Shown here: positions 52,197 to 64,000 of the stretch, piece after piece | How positions within the stretch are numbered: position 1 is the first letter of the stretch | Layout: every line of letters begins with the position of its first letter | NCBI GenBank assembly: GCA_964016885.1 | Contig: OZ024740.1 | Span: 358,298,001-358,362,000, forward strand | Source: Eledone cirrhosa | Taxonomy: Eukaryota | Direction: 5' to 3' | Length of the DNA stretch: 64,000 nt | Notes under the pieces: model-generated | Database searches by the model: none | The model's input: the letters and a program-made list of their open reading frames with translations, nothing else | Told to the model about the DNA's origin: nothing | Made by a program: the position numbers and the translations under genes

Positions 52197-52761
52197 GTGA
52201 GTTAATTTCATAAAATATTTCTATTGACAAATTTAAATCCTTTTCAATTTTGTTGATTGTATATGTTTTATATAATGTGTGCAGATACCTGGTGTATCTT
52301 ATTCCTTATCAATTTTCTTATAATTTTACATACTTCATTCATATCATGTCTACTTTGCCAAACTAAAAATAGCAAAACATTAACAAGGGAGCATCTTTGT
52401 GGTTATTTCGCATGTCTGAAATAGCAGCAACATTCTTCTGAAACTACACTCAACCATCTTAAAATAAATGAAGAATATATAGAGAAACCTCACATTATCC
52501 TCATCAGAATGCCTTTAATCATATTTCTGCTTAATCAGGACTGATTATGCAACAACAAAATATCAATTTTTATATAGTTTGTGTTTGTTTTAAATCTTCA
52601 TCTCTTTATCAATGTTAGCATATTTGTTTTTAGACCAACTCTTTTTTTTGCTGGATGATCTTACTATAAACCTCTCAACTGGGAAGTAAGATTGAATATG
52701 GGACTAAATAATCTTTGTCAACGACTTAACTGTTGCTTCATATCGCATGCCATTACTGAAA

Positions 52762-53010
52762 GTCTAAAGTCTGTCACGAGCCTGGAGGGTCATCAGGTTA
52801 GTGCTTATCCCGGTTTTATGGTGTGAAGTAACTGAGAGTACAAGACTCCTCCCTGGACAGAACACCAGTCCATCGCAGGGTTAAACCACCAGCTATTGCT
52901 GGTACTCATTTTCAGTTGAGTATACTGGAGCAATGTGAAATGAAGTGTTTTGCTCACAAACACAGCACACAACCTAGTCCAGGGATCAAACCCATGACAT
53001 TATGATGGTA
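52762..53010 (-). mobile_element. V-domain-like SINE
   Basis: Reverse complement contains CCTGCGATGGACTGGTGTTCTGTCCAGGG, with head TTTCACATTGCTCCAGTATACTCAACTG. Confidence 0.6.
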
Positions 53011-53049
53011 ATGATAAAATGATGGTTTATTACATTGATATAGAATCAC

Positions 53050-54090
53050 AGATTTTATATTGCACACAGGCATCATACAGTTGTTGTTTTGTATGCAGGG
53101 AGAAACCTTTTGTGGTCAATTGGGGGAGTAGCTCTCTAAACCTTTTCCATCCTTATTGTAGCTATTATGTTCTCAGAGGACCCTCCTCCATTGCTAATTA
53201 TGTCGCCTAGATAGCAGAAGCAATCAACCACTTCCATGGGTCCTTCATGTAACTCAAATAGGTTTACATCACTGGCTCTCTTCCCCTCAGTTACCTCTGT
53301 GTATCTTCTACATACAAAGTCTTCCCTTCCTGTTAGTCTACTCGTTATCCTACTACATCTCTTGTGTACCCAGGATTTACATTGTGTACATTGTATGAAG
53401 TTTATGCTTGTTCCCTTTCTACATATTGAACAGGGCCACTTCCCTGAAGGAATTAGGGTCCTATCTTCTCTTCTACTCACTAGCACGTTAGTTTTGGCTA
53501 AGTTTGCTATCAGACATTTTGATTCCAAATTCTGTTTCCATTGTTGGAACTGATTTTCTAGTTTTTTAATGAATTTGCCTATAAGGACCAGATCACCTGT
53601 AAATAGAAGTTTCCAAGAGTAGCCAGTCTTAAACTCCTCTGTTATAGCCTTGAGAACTAAAATAAATAGTAATGGGCTAAGGATCCTGATGATTTCCTCA
53701 CTAAACTCACTTCCTACTCTCACTTTACTGACAGCTCCTCTGTACATGGCTTTCACTGCCCTCACCAACCATTCTTCTACTTCTAATTTCCTTAAGGACC
53801 ACCAGATAATAGATTGAGGTACTCTGTCAAATGACTTTTCTAGATCAATTATATCTAGGTATAGTATAGCTAGTAGCATCTCTTGTTCGCTCATTAAAAA
53901 GATGGCATCTGTATTACTTTTCCCAGGCATGAAACCAAACTGCATCTTATCTAATTTGACTCTCTTATTAGTTGCACCATAACTCTTTTTATCACTTTAC
54001 TAATTGATCCATTAGTTTTATTCCTCTATAGTTGCTCCTTTCTAGGGCATCACCTTTGCCCTTGTAGCAATTTACGATTGTACTGTTAGC
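53050..54090 (-). pseudogene. Decayed RTE-PHD LINE fragment
   Basis: ORF 53136-53945 has QFGF, DLEKSFDRVP, WPCSIC..CTQC..HKRC, YLGD, with deletions. Confidence 0.85.
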
Positions 54091-54829
54091 CATTACTATC
54101 TCTCTTTCATTCTACAAAGATATCTATCATCTTTGCCATCACCCATCATGCTACTCATATAATTTCCTATTCAATTTCCTTAACAAACAACCAAAAATCT
54201 CTTCCATTACTCTTGCTGCTACCATCCCATCACACTATTCCTTCTATTACACTCATGCTCTCTCTTCTTTTTATCCTCACTTTCTTTTATTCAAATACTC
54301 GGTTATGTTTACCTTGAAAGAACAGATAACATAGACAGGACTTTAGTTTTGCATGGGGATTAAACACCCTCTCTAATGTTGGTGCTACAATAAAATGCCC
54401 TCAGTACACTCAGCGAAGTGATTAATAAACAAATGGAGACAATGTAGGGTACAGAAGACTCGTTCATCTCACTGAAGACATAATCTTTTTTGAGTTGATG
54501 CTATGATAAAATGTACTCAGTACATTCTGTAAAGTGGTTTGTGTTAGGAAGGGCATCTAACTGTAGAGAACATACCAAAAATGGTCTGAGTGAAACCTGT
54601 TTAGTGAATCAGTAACTTTAAATAAGAGCTGACTCAGACTGTGACAACCCATACCAGCATATAAAGTGGATGTGAAATGGTGATGGGAGCTTGCTTCAAT
54701 TGAGAATCTAAACTGGACTGCGTTCTTAATTTTTTTTAGAATGTTAATAACAATAACCGTTAGGATAATTATTATTAATCTTATTTGATTGTATTATTAC
54801 AAATCTTTTTAAAATTTTTATTTCTAAAG

Positions 54830-54919
54830 CCTTCAATAACTTGGGAGGATTCAATACTACAAATACTGGTGCTGCCAATACATTTGGAGTAACTCCTGCA
54901 GCTGCATCATTCTTTGGAA
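54830..54919 (+). CDS. NUP54: NUP54 exon 3 (FG region)
   Basis: aaag|(A)FNNLGGFNTTNTGAANTFGVTPAAASFFG|gtaaat, 90 nt, phase 1-1. Confidence 0.75.
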
Positions 54920-56120
54920 GTAAATATTATACTTTTATTATTGTTTATCATCATGTAAATATGATCTAGAAGAAATCTTTATTCAATACTAGGAACAATT
55001 TGAAGAATTATTAGCTTGTTACTAATAATTATCAATGAATTAAGAGATGTACAGACTATTTAATGAGTACAGACGTGTATGTGTGTGTGTTTATAAAGTT
55101 CATTTCTCAGTCATGTGTTTCTGGCTTCAATCTCACTGTACAGCAAGCACCTTAGGTTGGTGTTTTCTTTGTTCACATCTGTACAAGCCTTGAGAGTGAA
55201 ATTAGATGTATAGAAACTATGCAGAACCCAGTTCAATTGGCTGAGTTGTTTCTTTTCTCTATTACTTGGCAATCTCAAAGACTCTCCATATCATCCAAGA
55301 AAGATAAAAAGAAGAAAAAAAAATTAAGACAGTTTTACTTATACATTTATAATGCCCTCTTTTTTGATTATTACTGGTTTTCCGTTTGGTTGCATTTGAC
55401 AGGTATAGTGTCTTGTGTGTCCTAACTGTGTTTTCATCTGAAGAAATCAATCTTCTCAGTCCTTGTTTAACTAATAATTTGTAATGTGATTGGGTTGGTG
55501 ACGCACCAAAAAGTGCCCAATCCACACTGCAAAGTGGTTGTTTTGGTGACGACAAAAAACGCCCAGTCCACACTGTAAAGTGGTCATTGTGTTGCCATGA
55601 TAAGAAGCACCCAGTCCACACCGTAAATTTAGTTGGTGTTAGGAAAGGCAACCAGCCATAGAAACCAAGCAAGACATTGTCTTATTAATCTACATTATGA
55701 GTGTCTGAGTGTTCTGTTCGTACTCGAAATCTTATTGTAACTTGCAACCATAATCAGAACACTGTTACAAGATTGGTCTTTGAATCACAGGTACAGTCTA
55801 TTTGATGAGCTTCTAGACATTCTGTATACCTAATTTCTCATAAGGGTATCAAAAAGGATACTTGCCAAAAGTGTAAAATAGGATTCAACTTGAGTTCCTG
55901 TGATTTTGAAGCAAACTTCTTAATCACTTGGCAACATAATATTTATATGTACACAATGTCAATACTGTAGAGTAAAATATCTCTCTTTATTCCATCTAAC
56001 TGTTGTAAGTTACTGCATCTAAAAGTACATTACAAAAATATAACATGTTTTGGCTATTACCTACTTCAGTTGTCTGTAGCTTCATTGAACTTGTATTCTT
56101 TAATTCTATTTTGTTTCTAG

Positions 56121-56341
56121 ATACACAGGCTCAGCAACAACAACAGCAGCAGCTAAATGTTGCCAATCAAGTGGATAATCTTGCTAAAGCAGTGATAATG
56201 CCTCATATCTTCAATGATGAGAGAGATGCTATCATTGCTAAATGGAACCAATTACAGGCATACTGGGGTACAGGCCGTGCATATTTTGATGCAAATGGGT
56301 TTGTTGATATGTCATCAGAAAACATTCTATGTCGTTTTAAG
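56121..56341 (+). CDS. NUP54: NUP54 exon 4
   Basis: PHIFNDERDAIIAKWNQLQAYWGTGRAYF..ENILCRFK is a hallmark Nup54 motif. tag/gt splice sites. Confidence 0.95.
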
Positions 56342-57634
56342 GTTTGTATTATAGAGTATTCAACTTTCTTCTTACCCCCACATATTTTCTTAAAATCTTA
56401 ACAGATTTTGCTCAGCTGTTTTGTGAAGATGATGCTACCTACTTTGTTTGGTCAAGGTTGTTGGTTGCTTGTGGATTACTAGACTTACATACTGACCTCT
56501 CTGCTTAAAATCTGCTTTAGGCCCAACTCATTATTTCACTTACAATTACTCAATGTGAGAAATAGCCTTAGAATATCTCTTTCTATTCTACATATTCCTG
56601 CTTTTTGGGGTGGGTGGAGGTCAGAGGAGTAATCACAGCACTCATAACTCTTTTCAGGGCTTCTGAGACTGGGTAAAGGTGAGGAGAGAGAAAGTTAGCA
56701 GGCTTGAATGCTTGCAACAGTGAATTCCAGTGTAATTCTACCACCCACAAACAAATTCCCACATTGCTCTTGACTACCAGATTTCATTCATATTTTAGTC
56801 AACCCACTTGGCCTTGATGCCACTCTGGGTATCAAATCCCAAACCTTGTTATTATAATGCAAACTTTTTAACCACACACCCATTATGAAATTACTAGCAG
56901 GAAGCCAATAAAGGATCAACGTTTGAAGACATTTTTTTAACAATGGGCAATATCTGAACATCCTCTAAATGTAGGAAGATCTTTTATTATTTTGTGCAAT
57001 TTCCCTTGTTGTATTGCCTTTTTAAAATTCAAGATGATCCTCACAAAATTGTTTGCTAAGGTTATTGTTCAGTAAACAGAAATGCTCACTCTCTGTCTTG
57101 CTCTCACTTGCTTCTTTGGAAGACTAATTATATCTTCATATCAAACATTAATTCTTTTTCTATCTTTGTAGTGTCTTATATATTAATTAAGTCAAGACAC
57201 AACCTCTCTAGTGCTGGTATCATGAAAAATGCTCTCAGTATACTCTGTAAAGTAGTTGGTGATAAGGAAGGCATCAAGCTGTACAAACCATGCCAAAAAA
57301 AGGGCTGAGAGGGCTCTTCAGTTGTGTCAAGGGTATGACAACATTTTGTCTTAATGACAATAAAATGCTCCCAGTACACTCTGTAAATTCGTTGGTGATA
57401 AGACAGATATCCAACCATAGAATACTTGCCAAACAAAGGGTAGAGGTGATTCTTCAGTTGTGTCAAAGCCATGACAGTTTCCATAGTGCTGGTGTAGAGT
57501 GCAGGTATGTATTTAAGAGAGACCTGTGGCTCTAATTAAGTGCTGACATTATCTGTGACGATCCATCCATCCCTTGCTAGCAGGGATACGTATGTTAAAT
57601 GATTATGACTCAGTTGCTTTTCTTTCTTCCATAG

Positions 57635-57822
57635 GCAATCAGTTACAGCTGCATTCCTCAGACAAAAGATGAAGATGGTCTTGTTGGATTGGTACTAAAG
57701 AAACCATATAGTGAAGTATTATTAAACCAAAAGCACCTTGTTGATACCCTATATCAAATCCTTGGTGGCAAAGCAACATTTTCTGTGTGTGTTAAAGGAG
57801 TTAAACCATGGCCAGATAACAA
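57635..57822 (+). CDS. NUP54: NUP54 exon 5
   Basis: AISYSCIPQTKDEDGLVGLVL..LVDTLYQILGG..VKGVKPWPDN. Frame-consistent splice sites. Confidence 0.93.
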
Positions 57823-59088
57823 GTAAAAGTTTATTTGAATATTTAATTTAATATATATATGTAATCATTTAACACCTGCTTTTCCATGCTGGCATGGATT
57901 GGGTGCGTTGTGACAGTCAATTCTTATTTGGGGGTACTACCTTCCTTATAAGGGACCACATTTTGCTCATGTTTCATTTTTAGAATAATTTTTACAGCTG
58001 GATGCTTTTCCTATCACCAGCCACTTTATACGGGCACAAGGGAGGTTGTTTTGTTCATTCCAAGACTAAAGAGTGTCCAATTTTCTGCTTGTTTGTCTCA
58101 TTCCTTCCACACAATTGGGTGGAAGGAAGAGTGAGTAAGAGCAGTGTCTTGGATGATAGGAGAGCAAAAGAAGAGAGCCTAAGTGGAAGTATAGTAGGAA
58201 AGAAAGAGAGTTGCATGTTGGTTATTGGTAAGTGGGTGTAATAAAAACTTGACCAAGAGGCAACTAAATGATGATTGATGGTAAAGGGGTGGAATAGAAA
58301 CTGTGACTGAGAGTGTGATAAATGGGAGAGAACCAGCATGAGAAGGTGATAAAAGGGAGAATAATAGAACCAGGGTGAGAGGGGTATAGAAGAAAGATTG
58401 TTCGAGAGAGTGATACACAACTATATAATGGCTGGGCAATTGTAAAGAGAGTAATGAAAGAGAGAAAGTGTGATGGATGTCAATAATATGTGGTAGAGGG
58501 AATGTAATAAGAGAGAATGTGACGGATAACCATAGAGATAGGTGCTAGTAATAGGGGATTGAATATATACGTATCCAATGTGTTGGTCTCCTTACACTGA
58601 TGGTATGATGTGAGAGAGCTAGATGGCAATGAGAAAATAAATGAGAGACCCAAATATAGATATTAATCATCCCAACCTTGATCATCATTGTTATTTTTTA
58701 TGTCCATGTTTTTCATGTTTGTATGAGTTGGGGAGATTTCCACCAACAAGGTTTCTCCATTTGTTGTCATTTGTCATATACTTCATGAAGTTTAGCCTCT
58801 TGAGATCAGTCTTACCACCTCCTATATCTTCCTCAGCTTCCCTCTTTCACATGGTCTGTCCACTTGGAGTTCTTAGCACTTTAACATTTTCCCATGCATA
58901 CTAATTCTGATTTCTCTTATATTTAATTTTTATCTCAGCTCCTCTGTTCTCCATTGTACATTGCACTTTCATTGTCACATAAGTGAGATACAGCCCTGTT
59001 TGCCTGTTTAGGAGATCAGTAGCTCTGATTCAATACAGACTTGGTCTATGTAGACCCATGTAACCCTTGCTAGCAGGGAAAGCAGATG

Positions 59089-62000
59089 TCATCATCATCA
59101 TCATCATCATCAGGTTTAGCGTCCGTGTTCCACGCTTGCATGGGTTTGGACGGGGGTTTTCCCACTTGAGGCAAGAGTGGTTGTCTTGCTCGCATAGGAC
59201 TGTCTGGCGGGTTTTCTACAGTTGGATGCCCTTCCTAACACCAACCACATTTACAGTGTGGGGCTGGGAGGTTTTTACCGTGTTGCCTACACGGCCACAT
59301 TACAGCGTGGACTGTCTGGCGGGTTTTCTACAGCTGGATGCCCTTCCTAACACCAACCACATTTACAGTGTGGGGCTGGGAGGTTTTTACCGTGTTGCCT
59401 ACACGGCCACATTTACAGCGTGGACTGTGTGTTTTTTGTCGTGACACCTACACGATCTCATTTGTTTCGGCCTGGATGTTGTGGGACCAACATAACTTTA
59501 CATTGAAAGGGGCGGTGTGGGTGGGGTGGAGGTGGTGGGACGGGGGTGTGTTTTGATAGAGATGCCTACTGACTGTAGTAGGTTTTTACTTTGTATTTAG
59601 GTAAGGCGGGTCTTCTCTATTACTGAGTACCGCCAAAGGTCTCGGTCCAGTGACATTGTCTTGGAGAGGTGTAAGCGTGTGAGGTCGGAATTTATCAGCT
59701 CGTCCCATGTTTTTCTGGGTCTGCCTACTCCGTGGTTACCGTCTATCTTTATTGCCCTGCACTTTGTTATACAGCTGTCGTCTTTCATGCGCATCACGTG
59801 ACCGTACCAACGTAGCCTTCTCTCGAGTAAACAACATCTGATCCCTCTTATTTCTAATTTTTTCCTTAGTTCGTTTATGCTTTGCCGTTCACGTATATTA
59901 CTATTGCACATCCAGCGGAGCATGCAAGCTTCGTTCCTCTCTAGTCTGCGTATATCCTCTGCACACAATGCCCAGGTCTCACTGCCATGCAGCATTGCTG
60001 TTCGTATGCAGGCATCGTATAACCTGCCTTTCATTTTTAGGGAGAACCCTCTAGCGGCTAATAGTGGTATAAGCTCTCTGAACTTTTTCCATCCAGTTCT
60101 GACTCTAGCTACTGTACTTTCAGAGCACCCTCCCCCACTGCTGATTTTGTCACCCAGATAACGGAAGCTGTCCACTATTTCTATAGAACCCTCTGCGCAG
60201 TTGAAGGAGCTAGTATTTTATGGGCACTTGCTGCTACTTATTGCACCAGAGCACCGGCCACATGTAAAATCTATGTTCTTAGTTAGCTTACCTGTGATCC
60301 CACTACATCTTTTATGCACCCATACTTTGCATTTGGGACATAAAATGGAGTTTCTACCTACGCCTTTCCTACACACTGAGCATGGCCATTTCCCAGATGG
60401 GACCGCCGCCTTATTTTCTTTCCTACAAACTAGAACTTTAGTCTTAGCCAGGTTAATTTTAAGGCCTTTTGATTCAAGGCCGTGCTTCCATGTTTGGAAT
60501 TTCTTCTCTAGTTCGGTCATTGATTCAGCTATGAGCGTTAGATCATCTGCGTATAGGAGTTCCCATGGGCAGCCGGTCTTGAACTCCTCTGTTATAGCCT
60601 GAAGGGCAATAATAAATAGTAGGGGGCTAAGAACAGAGCCCTGATGGACACCAACTTTTACGCTAAACTCTTCACTATATTCGTTGTTAATTCTAACCTT
60701 ACTGACTGTTTCTTTATACATGGCTTGTATAGCTCTCACAAGCCATTCGTCAACACCTAGTTTTCTAAGAGACCACCAGATAATGGAACGGGGGACTCTG
60801 TCGAAGGCTTTCTCCAAGTCGACGAAAGCTAAGTATAGGGGTTTACTTTTAGCTAGGTACTTCTCCTGTAGTTGTCGTACAATGAAAAGAGCATCTGTGG
60901 TACTTTTGCCTGACACAAACCCGAACTGCATTTCATCTAGATCAATTCTCTCTCTGATTAGTTGCGCTATTACTTTTTCCGTGACCTTCATGACCTGGTC
61001 GATTAATTTAATGCCTCTATAGTTACTCCTATCTAGGGCATCTCCTTTTCCCTTATAGCAGTTAACGATGATGCTGCTACGCCATTCCTTCGGAACAACC
61101 CCATTCTGTACGACTTGGTTAACTATCCGGGTGACCATGGTGTGTCCCACCGAACCAGATGCCTTCAGCATCTCAGCAACTATTTCCGAAGGCCCAGCCG
61201 CCTTACCCGTCTTCATATCCTTGATTGCCTTACTTATTATACTACCTTCAACTAACACTGCTGGTCCCTCTATTGGATCGATCTGGGGGAGACTGTCTTT
61301 CTCCCATTTGTTCTCCTCATTTAGAAGCCTTTCGTAGTGACACTTCCAAGCTACCTTCTTATCAGCGTCGGTGATGGCAAGTATGCCATCATCGTTAAGT
61401 ACACACTTCTCCCCGACAATATCACGGTTTTCCTTGACACATTGCCTGGCAATCCTGAACACCTCACGTTTTTGGTCCTCACGTTGTAGAACATGCTTGA
61501 ACTTTCTTTCCTCTGCTTCCCTTCTTGCGAAGTACACTTGTCTCCTAGCTTCCCTCCTGGCCACTTGATAGTCTTCTCTACTTCCCCCATCCCGCCATAC
61601 TTTCCAAGCCTGCTTTTTGGCCTTAATTGACTCCTCCACCTTACTGTTCCACCACCATGTTACTCTCCTCCTACCTACAGGCCTGCTCCAGCCACAGACT
61701 TCGTCTGCCGCCGTCAGCAGGTTTGCTCTCAGGAATTCCCACTGTTCCTCTATATTATACGACTCTAATTGCTCTTCCTTACTGTCGAAAGCGTCAAGTA
61801 ATATGCTTTGAAATTTATTTCTGGCTATGGGGTCCTTTAGCTTCCATATTTTTCTCCTGAGGATAGTCCTCTTCCGCTGTCTAGTACGTCTCGTCCTGAC
61901 TATGAGGTCGCTAATTATCAGTCTATGTTGGGAGGTGAATTCTTCATGGGGGTGGGATTTAGTGTTAACAACAGACACTCTGTCACGTCTTCTGGTAAGG

Positions 62001-62940
62001 ATATAATCTACCTGGCTTGTGTGTTCCCCCGATCTATAGGTGATCAAGTGATTGTCTCGTTTTTTGAAGTTAGTGTTACAGATAGTTAAGTTATTTGCGT
62101 CGCAGAATTCCAGGATTCTGGAGCCTTCCTCATTTCTAGTACCGAACCCATAGCCTCCATGGATTCTGTCATAGCCGTCACAATGTTGTCCAACGTGACC
62201 ATTTAGGTCGCCTGCAATAACTATATAGTCACTGTCGGTTATTTGGGAGGTAGCGAGCATCAGTGTCTCGTAGAATCTGTCTTTTATAGCGCCGGGCAGT
62301 CCGGATTGGGGTGCGTACGCAGATATTACTGTCACCGTAGTTTTATTGAGGACAAGTCTTATTTTAATTATTCTGTCGTTCACTCTATTTACGTCTATTA
62401 TCTTATCTGCCCACTTTTCTGCTACCATGATTCCTACCCCACCCAACCCATTGTCATTTCCCGCCCAGAAAAGCTTATAGCATCGTTCTTTACCCACGAT
62501 GAATCTAGCCGACCCTCCCCTCCACCTGGTCTCTTGAATACAACAAACATCGACCTCCTTACGTTCAAGCATTTCTACAACCTCGTTAGAGCGACCCTTT
62601 AAGGTGCCTACATTCATGGTACCAACTCTGAAGTTTGGGATTGCGTTTGGAGGGTGGGAGCGGTGGGGCGCGGGGGGGGGGGGGGAATGGGGTTATGTTA
62701 GCCATCCTGGGCCGAAACAAGGAGGAGTGCTTGCATTCTCGTCCACGAGGTGAATTTTGCTTTATCTTTGGCATTGTCGCTGAGCGTCCACATTTTTCTC
62801 TCTTCAACTCTCCAGAATTCCGTAGTCCATCCATCATATCGAAAAGCAACCAGTTAAGCGATGGTATGGGCCTCTGACTTATGATTGGTCCACGTAATAA
62901 TAATGGTGGTGCGTGGGGGCGGGAGGGAGGGAAAAATGGC
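59089..62940 (-). mobile_element. Near full-length young RTE LINE (APE + RT + PHD finger), one nonsense codon
   Basis: ORF 62617->60218 continues in frame to 59597 across a single TAA (CAA in the sister copy at ~31156). APE motifs QETRW, YAP, GDLNGH, SQVDY, SQH. (GAT)n tail. ~112-bp tandem duplication in the 3'UTR. 5' boundary approximate. Confidence 0.95.
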
Positions 62941-63730
62941 AATGATAATGGTATATCCAGTTTAGTATAGATACTCTGTATCCCTGCATATCATAAGTAG
63001 TAGGCAAAGGGGTTGGTGTCAGGAAGGGCATCTGGCTGTAAAATGTTGCCACAAAAAGTCTAACCCATGCTAGCATGGAAAAGTCAACGTAGATATAATG
63101 ATGTAGATATATGCATAAACTTCCTGTTTTTGTCATGCAACAGGCATATTTTGATATTTGAACATTCTTGAACTAGGCTTCTTTTTTGATAACCCTATAT
63201 TGTCTATTGCTATATATACTACATTGAACAAGAAATGGTACTTGTTCTCAACTAGGTCCATGGAGGCAAAGTGTGTGAGATACAGGGTGTGGCTGGTATT
63301 TGTTCACAAAATGGGAATAAGTGTTTTTATTTTTTGAGGTATAATTGCCAACCATGAGTTAGTTTGTCTTCATGACATGTTCTATCGATCTCACTTGATG
63401 AACCCACCTTTGGCTTTGATGACTGCTTATTTTTAAATGTTTATCCTTATATTAAAATCTTTCGTAATCTTATTTTAGAAACTTTTGTTAAGTGATATTC
63501 TAAAAATCAGCTTCCTAATGGAAGATTTAGTTATTTTATTGAATTCTATCAAAGTTTTGGTTATTTCCAAAATTATTTGAAAATCATAGGCAGTTTCTTT
63601 CATGAAAAATATGGTAAATGAAAGGGTTAAGTTGTAAAGCTTAATACTAAACTAGATAACAATTTGATATAATCGTTTGTTTTATTTGTGTGTTGCATTC
63701 AGTATTGAGTATTTAAATGTGTAATTGCAG

Positions 63731-63933
63731 GACAGAGATGGTTATCTATATTGAAGAACGGCAAATGACTGGCCAAAAAAGATGTTTTCCAACTTCCAAA
63801 GTAGTTGAGGATTTAAACAATGTGGCAGTAAAGAAAAGATTGTCTGAAAATCCCTTAAATGTCGAACATATCCTTTCAAAACAAGCCCTTACACCCGAAC
63901 AGCTGAAGCAGTATTTAGATAATCCATTAGCAG
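63731..63933 (+). CDS. NUP54: NUP54 exon 6 (gene continues beyond window)
   Basis: gcag|(K)TEMVIYIEER..LTPEQLKQYLDNPLAG|gtatga, matching the Nup54 LxNPPAG region. Confidence 0.9.
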
Positions 63934-64000
63934 GTATGATTCAATGCTCTTGAAATTTTATGGCTACGTTTTATTTTCAGAATAGCGTTGAAATTTTGTT

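Noticed and set aside
60218-60220. Possible programmed readthrough in the RTE ORF
   Set aside because: The codon is TAA and the sister copy has CAA, so it is an ordinary nonsense mutation.
59877-62602. Multiple plus-strand ORFs opposite the RTE (also 28698-29813, 27054-27659, 19438-20062)
   Set aside because: Antisense shadows of TE coding sequence with no independent motifs.

Overview
AT-rich, microsatellite- and transposon-dense eukaryotic DNA. The SINE families and RTE LINEs suggest an octopod cephalopod (inference). Two host genes sit head-to-head with only 176 bp between their ATGs. One is a 4-exon cytosolic H-type ferritin on the minus strand (45195->34503, 174 aa, no visible IRE). The other is nucleoporin NUP54 on the plus strand (6 exons seen, 45372->63933, continuing past the window). 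The rest is mobile DNA: Penelope-like elements (PLEs) docked in (TA)n tracts; RTE LINEs whose RT carries an inserted PHD-type zinc finger (one near-intact copy in a NUP54 intron); R4/Dong-like fragments in (CATA)n; a Buster/Charlie hAT transposase broken by one homopolymer frameshift; a second hAT element with 8-bp TSD and a nested solo LTR; several SINE families and MITEs. The most notable hidden signal is a set of six type I hammerhead-ribozyme folds at PLE ends, five of them within 2.0-6.5 kb. Several have non-canonical cores or very long stem II insertions. All calls were made by eye, without database searches or folding software.
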